The position numbers and the translations under genes were made by a program. A DNA stretch of 64,000 bases from Fimicolochytrium jonesii (lineage: Eukaryota), in contig NW_026515680.1 in the NCBI RefSeq assembly GCF_025526975.1, forward strand, positions 496,001-560,000. Reading direction: 5' to 3'. The notes beneath the pieces were generated by a model. It worked only from the letters and a program-made list of their open reading frames with translations, searched no databases and was not told the DNA's origin. Positions 49,301 through 59,400 of the stretch are shown one piece after another (positions within the stretch are counted from its first letter, which is position 1; each line of letters begins with the position of its first letter).

Positions 49301-52300
49301 AGGAATACGGTGCCGCCAACCACCACACTTTTCCCCACACCAACTCCTCCAACAACTTGGAGCGCACCTGATGTGGTCGAGGTAGAATCAGTCGTTCCGG
49401 CAATTTGAACATTGGATAAGTTCGCATTTCCACCAACATTCAAAGATGATAGAGTTCCAACGCTTGTAATTTGAGGCTGAGCAGGATTTACGCTGAACGC
49501 ATTTCCACTACGTGTCAATCCTGTTCCAGCACTAAGAAGCGTATCAACATATGTCTTGTTTGTAAGATGAGTTGCTAAGGTCGGTGCTGTTGAGACGACA
49601 GCGTTTCCTGACACCGTGACATCTCCAGCAAAGTTCGCATTTCCATTAACGTTCAATGATGATAAAGTTCCAACCGATGTTATCTGAGGTTGAGCCACAT
49701 TGACAGAGAAATTGTTTCCTGTACGTGTTAAACCGGTTCCTGCACTTAGAAGCGTATCAACATAAGTCTTATTTGTGAGATGTGTATCTGCTGTTGGGGC
49801 TGTCGAGATGATGGCATTCCCTGATATGGTCACGTCGCCTGTAACACTCAACCCCTGCAGAGTTCCAACTTTGGTGATAACAGCCGACTGGTCCGTGTTG
49901 ACTGAAATGGCCGTGCCTGACTTTGACAATCCTGCGCCAACTGTTGTTGTCTGAGCGTCAACATATGCCTTGGTACTCACCTGCGCGTCAAGGTTCGCAA
50001 GAGGCAAGTTACCAGTCACATCTGTTGTAAGCGTGATGGTGTTCTTTAACGCCATTGACCCGAGCCCTAATGCCGTTCTAGATGCTGATGGAGTCGTTGA
50101 GATATAATTGGTTCCATCTCCTACAAGGAAATTATTGAGAGTTGGGGTAGATGCGGAAATAGCGGTCAATTTGGGATTAAGAGGTTGAGCATTTCCGGAT
50201 GTTGTAGAAATCAATCCATCCACATATGATTTTGTTGCTGGGTTTGATGCGACGGTGGGAGCAGGAATCGTTACCGCTCCAGTAAATGTAGATGCACCAC
50301 TAACTGAGAGGGAAGTAAGGGTTCCGACCGATGTGATTTGTGTCTGTACAGAATTGACACTTAAAGTTTGAGAATTTTTAGTCAAACCGGTTCCAGCAAG
50401 CACAATGTTAGGATCAATACTGGAAGCGGGAAGGACCCCACTTACATCACTTGCAAGATTGATAACGGATTTAGCCGCCAAACTGCCAAGAGTAGGCTTG
50501 TTTGTAAGTGAAGCCGAAGTGTAATCGAGGACATTAAGTGCTGCAAGAGAACCAAGCGTAGGTTTTCCTGTTATGTATGTACTTGTATAATCGATGCTAT
50601 TTAGCGCGGCGAGACTGCCCAGAATCGGTTTGTTTGTTAGGGCGGTACTTGTGTAGTCTAACGTATCGAGCAAACTCAGATTCTTCAAAGATAGATTCGC
50701 TCGAACGTCTGCAGGGGAATACTGAATGAAGTTACCGCCAGATGCGATAAGCATGTAGGTATTTGTAGGGGCGATGTTTCCAAAGTTTGTGAGTCGAGCG
50801 TTAAGCGGTTGCAATGTTGCTACAAGGTTATCTACATATCCTTTGTTTGCGGCGTTTCCCGCTGCTATCGGGGTAGGACAGAGTAGAACAGATGAAACGG
50901 TGACGCTTGTAAAAGTTTGACCGGAATTCAAAGAGATGACATTTGTAGCAGGGTTACGAACTAGACCTGTTGTAAAAGTAGGGGTTCCGCTTATTTGGGA
51001 ATAAGGCAGAGTGCCAGTTTTATCAAACTTGGTGTCGATGCTACTTTGGAGCAATGATGTGTTCTGGGCGATAACATTCATGTATGCCGGTTGCACAACT
51101 TCCTGGTCGTATTGTCTCAAAAGCGACAGAGATATCGCAGTTTGGGGAACCTCGTTTTTGATTCCTTTGAAGGCACAAGGCGGAATGTCATCAAGCAGCA
51201 AACGGGTCACATCACACGATGTATCATCCGTCTTGGGGAATGTCGCGATAATCACTTGACTTCCATTCGGGTCTGGGACCGGATTTCCGTTCGAGTCAAC
51301 CACATTATTACCATTCGCATCCTTCTGATTCTTCCTTTCCCTCCCACTTGCTGCGATAAAACCACCTAACAAGCCGCCGATGGCTGCAGGCCCACCCAAT
51401 AACGAGCCCAACCCCCCTACCGCACTAGTAGCAAATGGAGCGCCAGCCACAGGACCAACGAGTCCAATCGCACCGCCTAATATTGTAGATAGCGGACCAG
51501 TAACTGAAACCACTGGATTAGATCCAGATGCTGTTAAAGGATCAGATTCGCCACTGGGCTCCGAATCCTCATTTTTCTCTTCTGGATCATCATCTTCTTT
51601 CCGGTTTTTGTAGGGCTGAATCGAAGAGATATTGAAACCGGTTTCCTCGGAGCCAACAACGAGGATTCCAGAGCCCCCTGTTATAACCAAAGGCTGCTTA
51701 GACACGTTGAATTCCTTATCCGCTCCAGTAACAATGATAGGTAAAGCGCCGGTAATTACCGTTGGCGTTTCTGGTTCTGGTTGGTATGTACATGATATTG
51801 TCGATCCACTTATACTGATATTGTTTCCAACCGTATAGGCGCCGGAAATATTATTCCCTGTAACGGTTACTCCATTTGATCCAGTATAGGCACCTTTTAT
51901 TGAATTGCCTGCTACCGTAACAGTCGAATAACCAGCCTGTAAATCCAACTGCAAATCATTTTCTATGCGTTTGACTCCATTACTTGCTGTGATTTTCTCA
52001 CCGAATGTATTGTTACCATCGAATGTGATAGCACCGCTAACAGATGGAGCGAGTTTGACTTGGTTCGAATTCTCTAATTTCATTCCGCCATTTCCAGGTT
52101 GAAAAGTTAATCCTATCGCAATTTTATCATTGACGATGCGAACACCTTTATTGTCGACGATAGCCGACGGATTTACTGAAAGATTTTGTGAAGAGTCAAT
52201 TGCTAAAGTTGCATCTGTTCTAACATCGATAGTACGCCGACCATTGGACACTCCGGATATGTCTATACCTGACCCTGCTTGGTACAATTGCTCTACGTAC

Positions 52301-53397
52301 CCGGATGTCACCACTTCATTATTCGAAGGGTTGAAGTTGCTGTTAACGTATATATGCGGAACGTGTAATTCGTTCAACGTTTCATTATACGTAAAACTAC
52401 TGTCTCCATTGAATCCGCTTAAAGCAGAGTAGAATGGAACCTGTCCCATGCCTTTCGAGCGGATAGCCAATTTGTTCCCAGTCTGTTGAAAATCATCAGA
52501 TGTCTTTAAACGCACAACAGTTGTATCAACATCAGTTTCTGATCCCAAAAAGTCCGCTAGAGAATCGAAACCGGTCTCTAGAAGGTCATCGAGTGCAAGA
52601 CTTCCTGCTTTATCATTCGAAATAGCCCCTCGTCCAACAATCACTGTATCAACGTCAGTTTCCAAGTTCCCTTCATCATTTACTTTCAAACCCTTTCCAT
52701 AATCAAGATGAATTACCTTGTCTGCATCTTTCGAAAGCGGTTCTGCTACCTTCACTACTTCGTCAACAGTCGCTTCGATGTTCTCCTTAACGACCGAAAG
52801 TTGCCCGTTTTCAACTGTCAATGTGGAGTCAATATCCAGAGAGATTCCTTGTACGTCACGCGTCAAAGGACTGATCAAAGATTCTTTCACAACTGCTAAC
52901 TTACCATTATTCGCCTCCAATGAATTCTCATCAAAGTCCAACTTTATTCCTTTATCGTCTCTTGACAAGGGCTCTTGAAGATTTTCAACAACCGTTTCCG
53001 GAAAATTAACAGTCAAACCTTCATCACTTACTGAAAGCGATTTGTTGTGGAACAATGTCAGACCGTTTTCGTTGACTCCGAGAGGCAAGTTTGTCAAAAG
53101 GGAGACAGTTCTGCTTTCATCGTTCCTTTCGAGTGGAAATTCCATAATGTCAGGGATTACTTCAATAGATGCAATTCCGTTGGTTTTGTGAATAATCGCG
53201 TCTTCGCTATCGACAAGGTCGTTCAACAAAATTGGTCCGTTTTCATTAGATATCTTTTGAAAGCCTGCTGAATGAAAATTATCAATTGATACGTTCTCTC
53301 CATTAGCACGAAGACTATTGGTCACTAAAGGAGAAACGAGATTGGTTCGTTCAAGCACTCTGATTCCGCTTGATGTTCGGGAATTTAGACCGCTCAT
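46381..53397 (-). CDS. Giant fibre/adhesin-like virion protein, copy 1 (2338 aa)
   Basis: Uninterrupted 7-kb ORF; adenovirus-shaft-like repeats (PLSRDDKGIKLDF, GLKVNDEGNL); NKxYVD/TKxYVD motifs; ITSVGTLSSL repeats; DSxxxxxGALQVxGGxGIxKS repeats; discoidin-like NGYTVTASSEY domain. Confidence 0.85.
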   Translation of the reverse strand: MSGLNSRTSSGIRVLERTNLVSPLVTNSLRANGENVSIDNFHSAGFQKISNENGPILLNDLVDSEDAIIHKTNGIASIEVIPDIMEFPLERNDESRTVSLLTNLPLGVNENGLTLFHNKSLSVSDEGLTVNFPETVVENLQEPLSRDDKGIKLDFDENSLEANNGKLAVVKESLISPLTRDVQGISLDIDSTLTVENGQLSVVKENIEATVDEVVKVAEPLSKDADKVIHLDYGKGLKVNDEGNLETDVDTVIVGRGAISNDKAGSLALDDLLETGFDSLADFLGSETDVDTTVVRLKTSDDFQQTGNKLAIRSKGMGQVPFYSALSGFNGDSSFTYNETLNELHVPHIYVNSNFNPSNNEVVTSGYVEQLYQAGSGIDISGVSNGRRTIDVRTDATLAIDSSQNLSVNPSAIVDNKGVRIVNDKIAIGLTFQPGNGGMKLENSNQVKLAPSVSGAITFDGNNTFGEKITASNGVKRIENDLQLDLQAGYSTVTVAGNSIKGAYTGSNGVTVTGNNISGAYTVGNNISISGSTISCTYQPEPETPTVITGALPIIVTGADKEFNVSKQPLVITGGSGILVVGSEETGFNISSIQPYKNRKEDDDPEEKNEDSEPSGESDPLTASGSNPVVSVTGPLSTILGGAIGLVGPVAGAPFATSAVGGLGSLLGGPAAIGGLLGGFIAASGRERKNQKDANGNNVVDSNGNPVPDPNGSQVIIATFPKTDDTSCDVTRLLLDDIPPCAFKGIKNEVPQTAISLSLLRQYDQEVVQPAYMNVIAQNTSLLQSSIDTKFDKTGTLPYSQISGTPTFTTGLVRNPATNVISLNSGQTFTSVTVSSVLLCPTPIAAGNAANKGYVDNLVATLQPLNARLTNFGNIAPTNTYMLIASGGNFIQYSPADVRANLSLKNLSLLDTLDYTSTALTNKPILGSLAALNSIDYTSTYITGKPTLGSLAALNVLDYTSASLTNKPTLGSLAAKSVINLASDVSGVLPASSIDPNIVLAGTGLTKNSQTLSVNSVQTQITSVGTLTSLSVSGASTFTGAVTIPAPTVASNPATKSYVDGLISTTSGNAQPLNPKLTAISASTPTLNNFLVGDGTNYISTTPSASRTALGLGSMALKNTITLTTDVTGNLPLANLDAQVSTKAYVDAQTTTVGAGLSKSGTAISVNTDQSAVITKVGTLQGLSVTGDVTISGNAIISTAPTADTHLTNKTYVDTLLSAGTGLTRTGNNFSVNVAQPQITSVGTLSSLNVNGNANFAGDVTVSGNAVVSTAPTLATHLTNKTYVDTLLSAGTGLTRSGNAFSVNPAQPQITSVGTLSSLNVGGNANLSNVQIAGTTDSTSTTSGALQVVGGVGVGKSVVVGGTVFLGGTTANLNTTTGQTLNINNAASTVVTSTLDSNAINAGSLQVAGGVGIAKSLYVGGYGIIKESTAGNGPSVGLINSNGGGWTLWHIGQTSGLGTNNFGLYNNTAANLALSVNVTTNALTINSVSDSNATNAGALQVAGGVGIAKKLTVGSDASFVGSNQSIFWYNGSVSTPTFGSSITGNVSAAGYFSSNSAIGDMVIRAQYNNSPTNLRFANGPGVSNLDILTNGNVLINTTTDSSSTTTGALTVAGGLGVGKSLFAGSAATGSHTLQVNSTSVDILKLQSLSASGFSTIGFLNNTGTVVGAFGYAGVNTTAPNAGNFFLYSGSNANFIINSNLPSVQILSTIDSTTTTSGSLQVRGGAGIAGNVNFGKDLTVNGTIYSNISSTGPIVSSHLGTPNLAAGSFSTLQIGVGAVTNNMARLYFNYAGAGLATNTLGLGLWNAPQGLTIDGTGKVIIPNGSIGSLTVTGNMTFTGSLATISATGSQGPLSIDPNQSSNPYVRVWDDLRTVGDFSVWNSAENTTWFKVYTSSGNVAVFTTTDSTGVGTGSFQVSGGISVAKSLYVGGNLNNSGTVSILTTTDATSNASGALQVSGGASVAKSLYVGSNLNVTGDLNSPALTSKTTFIPYPQTPATGSSSWNGYTVTASSEYTYANGNGSDGYTGHPWDAYSNATIASRLRWATASTSTANLGLDGTTQSVHYSLLRLPSAIAMSSIKLTAYLMDAVAMPTTFSVIAGTTESAMVTIATFSNISGSTWTTDGNSFIFANTTPYVVWGIAWAYANQTTTGGVAIRNIQYNQAVPKATLVSASANTLDVSLATTTNTLTCNSTALVKNDLTCSTNIYASQIIQSAVCIKDGVVDTLLTNGNGYTGGFGPINWKVGMSGVVAHVSFVGAMNAMNSRVTITVQILDQSSTVIAARGVSYYCDINTYNTKYPFSFQIPLLFSSTNTQLSARIVIPTSITLSNSYLNFWTQCY

Positions 53398-53417
53398 TTA
53401 CTAATTGCTAAAGAAAA

Positions 53418-53714
53418 TTATCCGATTGGAGTTTGCTGTAAATGTTCTAAGAATTGATCACCGCCTTTATGGAAATCTTCAACCCTCTTTATTCCTAGGT
53501 CTGCAAACTGTTGCCCTTTTCGCGCAGTTTCTTTGATTTTATCGTGGAAGACGTCATTCTGTTGAATACCTTTGTTTACATGGCTTGCTATCGCATATCC
53601 CTTTCGAGTAACGGAAACCGCTTTGTCTAGAAAATTCCTCGCCTTTCCGATATTTTGTGGCAGTTCGTTGAAAAATGTGCGCGCTTTTCCTCTCGCTTTT
53701 TGAAAGAATCCCAT
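53418..53714 (-). CDS. Small basic amphipathic protein, 98 aa
   Basis: MGFFQKARGKARTFFNEL..; co-oriented and ends 20 nt upstream of fibre copy 1. Confidence 0.7.
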   Translation of the reverse strand: MGFFQKARGKARTFFNELPQNIGKARNFLDKAVSVTRKGYAIASHVNKGIQQNDVFHDKIKETARKGQQFADLGIKRVEDFHKGGDQFLEHLQQTPIG

Positions 53715-53762
53715 TGAATATTCTTTTTCTTAACATGTACTAAAGAATATATATTCCATTCT

Positions 53763-54557
53763 ATGTTGGTTCTTGACGACAAGTTTGCTCGATTGCCAAA
53801 CAATACTTTTCCCTCCCCTCCAGTGTTGAATATCCATTCAAATCAGTTCGGTTACATACAGGGAAAGCCGGAAGAGACCTTTGACCGTTTATTCAAAACT
53901 CCCTTCTTCGTTCCAGGCAAAGGGAAAATATCGGATGCATTCTCCATAAAAAAGACTGTAGATCAACCACTCAAACTCCGTGAAGGAGAGTACCAGTCTC
54001 AGATTGGAAAACAGGCTGTGCAAGCACTCCATGCTATCGATAGGGAACGTGCAAGACAAGCATACTTTGATGAATTGGATAAAGACAATCTTTTCCCTCG
54101 ACAAGGTCGAACGGTTTCTTTGACCAAAACCACAGCGTCGAAAGGCGATACAATTTATCATCAGCCGAGTTACATTCGCGCTCAACAGAATCAATTCATC
54201 GGAGATGCCTCATCCAATGTGCAACGAACCGGTGATAATCACCTTCCGGAAAAAGCAAACATGAGTGAAGCAAATACGATACTTGGTAACAACAAGGTGG
54301 TAACAAAAATGAACGATCGTGAAACAATGACGGACGAAATTGGTAGAATCGGTTCTGCTGAAAAGATAAGCATGTCAAATAGCCGCACACAGACAGATAT
54401 TCCTCTCCATCGGGTTCGAGATCTTAGAACAGTCGAAACGCAGAGTACAACACCGGATCTAGACAGCGATACGTTAGATCTCATTTTCTCGTCTGGAGGA
54501 ACATTTCAACATTTTATGGATGCAGTGTCACAGTCCACCCTATGGTATATACCATAG
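53763..54557 (+). CDS. Hypothetical protein, 264 aa
   Basis: Long intronless ORF divergent from the 98-aa gene; its stop lies inside a perfect palindrome. Confidence 0.65.
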   Translation: MLVLDDKFARLPNNTFPSPPVLNIHSNQFGYIQGKPEETFDRLFKTPFFVPGKGKISDAFSIKKTVDQPLKLREGEYQSQIGKQAVQALHAIDRERARQAYFDELDKDNLFPRQGRTVSLTKTTASKGDTIYHQPSYIRAQQNQFIGDASSNVQRTGDNHLPEKANMSEANTILGNNKVVTKMNDRETMTDEIGRIGSAEKISMSNSRTQTDIPLHRVRDLRTVETQSTTPDLDSDTLDLIFSSGGTFQHFMDAVSQSTLWYIP

Positions 54558-54571
54558 GGTGGACTGTGACA
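54526..54571. repeat. Perfect 46-bp palindrome followed by CCYATAGT repeats (to ~54655)
   Basis: TGTCACAGTCCACCCTATGGTAT|ATACCATAGGGTGGACTGTGACA. Confidence 0.97.
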
Positions 54572-54964
54572 GATCCTATAGTAAAAAAGAAGACTCCCAT
54601 AGTAGAGAATGGACTGACCCATAGTTCGAAACTGCTCTGCCGGATCCCATAGTAAAAGAATTGTCACATATCACCTTATTCAACATTTAAACATCTCCCT
54701 TCACGACATCGGATCACGTGACGGCACATGACTTCTCTCCATTCATTTCGAGTCACATTGCGTCATCTTCTGTCATTCCGCCGCTGTCCTGTCAACCGTC
54801 AATCCGTCACGCGTTCCCTCCATTCCGCTCATGACCGCCGCCATTCCTCTCAAACCTCTTTAACTTAACCTTCGCCTCCGTCCACAGCCGTAGACACTTT
54901 CTTCACATCGTCCCTCTACATCCACCTCTTCATTCACTTATTCGTTTTTGTTAACGTCAAATCT

Positions 54965-55305
54965 ACCTAGTTGTTCTCCGATTGGTGACAAAGTGAAATA
55001 AGTTATACGACTTTTACACGTTGTCACCTTTCGGAGAACAAGAATGCTTCTCACACGTTTCTCTCCGTTCCTCTTGGAAAAAAGAGGGAAAATAAATGAC
55101 GCCTCCCCACCCACCCCTCCATTCACTCTTTCGTTTCTGCTACAGTCACATTCTACCCAGTTGTTCTCCGCAAGGTGACAAAGTGAAATAAGTTATACGA
55201 CTTTTACACGTTGTCACCTTTCGGAGAACAACAATGCTCTCACACGTTTCTCTCCGTTCCTCTTGGAAAAAAAAGGGAAAATAAATGACGCCTCCCCACC
55301 CGCAC
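54965..55305. repeat. Two 190-bp-period direct repeats, each with a ~71-bp imperfect hairpin
   Basis: TTGTTCTCCG..GGTGACAA....TTGTCACC..CGGAGAACAA at 54971-55041 and 55161-55231. Confidence 0.92.
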
Positions 55306-55387
55306 CTTCATCAATCCAATGAAGACCATATCTTATTCACAACAATACAACATTATTTACAAGATTTTGCGCTGCGGTACAATGCAA

Positions 55388-55792
55388 TCATCGAAGTCCA
55401 ACGGGAATGCCCTTCCAGATTTTGTAAATTGTAGTTTCCTTTGGTGCCTTTTGCGTCCTAAATACCACATTCCCTTCTCTTCGCTTCAACCTGAATCTCT
55501 TCTTGCTCCTTGTGTCTCCCGGAACGTATTTTCCTACTCTATAATCGGTGGTTTTGAAATCCTCTGGCCTCGCCTTACTGGCATGAATCTCGCTAAACGT
55601 GCAAAACGTCTTGCCAATGGATTCGAGTTTGATGAATTCGTAACTACTGTAGAAGATATTGCCGATAATGCATCCTGGCATAATGACGTGAGTGCGAATC
55701 ACGTTATGAATCCATCGGCAACTAAGGTCAAGTTGTTTCTTATCGTCCAGCGAGAGGTATTTACACATCGCTAAGAACACTTCAATATCCAT
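55388..55792 (-). CDS. Small F-box-like protein
   Basis: N-terminal MDIEVFLAMCKYLSLDDKKQLDLSCRWIHNVI fits the F-box pattern, though it lacks the LP start. Confidence 0.6.
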   Translation of the reverse strand: MDIEVFLAMCKYLSLDDKKQLDLSCRWIHNVIRTHVIMPGCIIGNIFYSSYEFIKLESIGKTFCTFSEIHASKARPEDFKTTDYRVGKYVPGDTRSKKRFRLKRREGNVVFRTQKAPKETTIYKIWKGIPVGLR

Positions 55793-56116
55793 TGTGATAA
55801 TGGAGTTAACGTTCATGATTATCAAAGTGTTGTCCCGGTGGTTGAAAGTGCTGTCCTGGAAGACGGAAAGTCCTTTCCGAGAGGAAACAAAAATTCGATC
55901 CGTTTATACGATTTTGTCTTTTCCCGGAAGCAAAAGGGAATGCCCAGAAATTTGGTTCTTCTCGATAGAACATATGATCAGCGGTCATCCATCTCGAAAC
56001 AAATCTTGGTGCGGGACCAGAACCAAATCCGATAACATGAACAGCGGTCATCCATCTCGAAACAAATCCTTGAACGGTCAATTAAGTATTTGAATACTAT
56101 ACTCTAAACACTAGCC

Positions 56117-56449
56117 ATGCCAAACGTTTTTGAAATCAACTCGCATATCAAGTGTATCGAGGGAGTTGTTGTTATTCGTTTTTTCGTAGCAGACCTCGAT
56201 AGTCTGGAACGAATTTGTCGGTCTATGTTAAACAAACCCGGTTATATGGCATATATCAAATCAAACGATGAGAATCGGGAGATCTTTAAGCAGATTTATA
56301 CGATTTTTACAAAGAAGAATAATCGTCTCCGTAAAGATTTCATTTTTCGGAGCGGGTATCTAGGGATCACAGACGATAAGGGACAACTGAGAATGCTATG
56401 TGGAACAGACAAAGACCATCGAGCGTGCGTTCTTGATATTGATACTTAG
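56117..56449 (+). CDS. Hypothetical protein, 110 aa (paralogue of 46052-46384)
   Basis: Duplicate ORF with the same convergent overlap with the fibre gene. Confidence 0.75.
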   Translation: MPNVFEINSHIKCIEGVVVIRFFVADLDSLERICRSMLNKPGYMAYIKSNDENREIFKQIYTIFTKKNNRLRKDFIFRSGYLGITDDKGQLRMLCGTDKDHRACVLDIDT

Positions 56450-59400
56450 TAGCATTGCGTCCAAAAATTCAAGTAACTGTTCGAGAGGGTGATACTTGTC
56501 GGTATAATTATCCGAGCGGAAAGTTGCGTATTCGTCGAAGAAAAGAGCAACGGCACTTGAAAACTGAATGGGTAGCGAGTCTGATAATTGTTTATATCAC
56601 AGTAGTACGAGACTGCTCTAGAGGCGACTACGGTAGAGGATTGATCCAATATTTGAACAGTTATTGTTACCCGAGTGTGATTCGAATTCATATAGCCCAT
56701 AAAGGTACAATGCGCAACAACCGCGGACATACCAGGTTTCCATCCAATGGGTCCGAAGCCTCCCGTATAACCGTTACCATTCGTCAACAACGTATCAACC
56801 ACACCGTCTTTTATGCAAACTGCAGATTGAATGATTTGTGAAGCATAGATGTTCGTACTACAAGTCAAATCATTCTTTACCAAGGCTGTTGTATTGCATG
56901 TCAAGGAATTCACAGTTGCTGAACCACTTGATGAAACGGTTCCCGTAGTTATCGCACCCGAAACATCTATATTGTTTGCAGAAGCACTGACAAGGGTCGC
57001 TTTCGGAACAGCCTGATTGAACTGAATCTGGCGGATAGCGACCCCTCCTGTTGTTGTCTGATTCGCGTACTGCCATGCGAAACCCCATACTACATAAGGC
57101 GTGGTGTTTGCAAAACTAAACGTATTTCCATCAGTGGTCCAAGTAGAACCAGGTATATTCGAAAACGTTGCGATTGTTACCATAGCCGACTCGGTTGTTC
57201 CGGCAATCACGGAGAACGTAGTAGGCATCGCCACGGCGTCCATCAGGTAGGCGGTGAGTTTAAGAGAAGCCATAGCAATGGCCGACGGGAGTCTCAATAA
57301 CGACCAATGCAAACTCTGTGTTGTTGAATCGAGTCCTAGGTTTGCTGTTGAAGTGCTTGCAGTTGCCCACCGCAGTCTGGAAGCGATTGTTGCGTTTGAG
57401 TAAGCGTCCCAAGGGTGCCCTGTGTAACCATCACTTCCATTTCCATTTGCATACGTGTATTCGCTGGAGGCTGTAACTGTATAGCCGTTCCAAGATGAAG
57501 AACCTGTTGCTGGCGTTGTGGGATATGGAATTAGAGTCGTAACAGAATTTAATGCCGGACTTTTCAAATCACCGGTCACATTAAGATTTGACCCGACATA
57601 TAAAGATTTTGCTACAGATGCGCCTCCATTCACTTGAAGAGCGCCCGATGCGTTAGAAGTTGCATCAGAAGTGTTCAAGACCGATACATTACCTCCAACA
57701 TATACATTTTTCGCTACAGATGCGCCTCCAGACACTTGAAGAGCGCCTGATCCAACGCCTGTGGAATCGGTTGTGGTAAAGACAGATGCAACACCATTAT
57801 TTGTAAAGACTTTAAACCAAGTAGTGGTCTCGGCTGAATTCCACACGGAAAAATCTCCTACCACCCGTAAATCATCCCATACCCGTACATAAGGGTTGGA
57901 ACTTTGGTTCGGATCTATGGAGAGAGGACCTTGTGAACCAGATGCAGAAATTATTGCTTGATTTCCGGTGAAATTCATGTTTCCTGACACTGTTAAATTG
58001 CCAATAGAACCGGTAGAAATAACAACCTTTCCCGTACCATCAATCGTAAGCCCTTGAGGTGCATTCCATAATCCCAAACCCAACGTATTAGTTGCAAGAC
58101 CCGCTCCAGCATAGTTAAAGTACATTCTGGCCATGTTGTTTGTAGACGCTCCTACTCCAATTTGAAGTGTTGAGAAACTCCCCGCTGCCAAGTTCGGTGT
58201 CCCAAGATGGCTGCTAACAATAAGTCCGGTTGAGGCAATATTGGAGTAGATTGTGCCATTAACAGTCAAATCTTTACCAAGATTGACATTCCCTGCAATA
58301 CCCGCTCCACCTCTCACCTGAAGGGAACCTGATGTTGTCGTAGTAGAATCTATAGTGGAAAGAATCTGTACAGATGGCAGATTAGAGTTGATTATGAAAT
58401 TGGCATTGGAGCCGGAATAGAGAAAAAAGTTCCCAGCATTTGGAGCGCTTGTACCGGTTCCACCATACCCGAATGCCCCAACTATCGTTCCTGTGTTGTT
58501 AAGGAAACCGATAGTAGAAAACCCAGATGCCGAAAGACTCTGGATCTTGAGAACATCAGTTGTAGTGGAGTTTAGTTGCAGTGTATGACTTGCAGTGGCC
58601 GATGAACCAGCAAATAGAGATTTTGCAATTCCAACGCCACCCGACACTTGCAAAGCACCGGTTGTTGTGGAAGATGAATCTACTGGAGATTCGGCGATAA
58701 CTGCTCCATCCCCGCGTACACTCAAACCATATGATTGATTGGCTATCTGCAGTTTGATATAATTGTTTGCAGAGCCAGCACCTGTCAAGACGAAACTCAT
58801 CTGTCCACAGTTCATGAATGTGGTGCTCTGTCCAAGGCTTATCCAGTTGGAGAATCCAGCAGCCATATTGGGTAGAAGAAACGTGGCAGCGTTTGTATAG
58901 CCCGTACCCGCCATAGTTGAGGTGAGAACCCCCCCAATGGATACGCTTTTCCCTATACCAACTCCTCCGGCAACTTGGAATGCACCGGTTGTTATGGAAG
59001 TAGAATCCGTGGTGGTATTGACGATTACGCTCCCAGAGGCAAGAACATCTATAATGGAAATTCCCGGCGAATTCCCTATTCGCAAATTGGATGGTGCGTT
59101 GTTGTATACCGCTCGAATACACATATCTCCTATGGACGAATTACTTGAATAGTATCCGGCCGTACTTGAGTTTCCGCAGATAGTGCTTCCCGTATTACCA
59201 GTTGCATTGGATGTGTTGAACCATTGGATTGTTTGGTTAGTCCCAGTCATGTATAGGTTGGCACCTCCTACCGTCAGCGATTTTGAGATGCCAACTCCTC
59301 CAGCAACTTGGAAGGCACCGGCATTTGTGGCGTTAGAGTCAATAGTAGAAGTAACTACAGTCGATGCAGCGTTATTTATATTCAGAGTCTGCCCTGTTGT

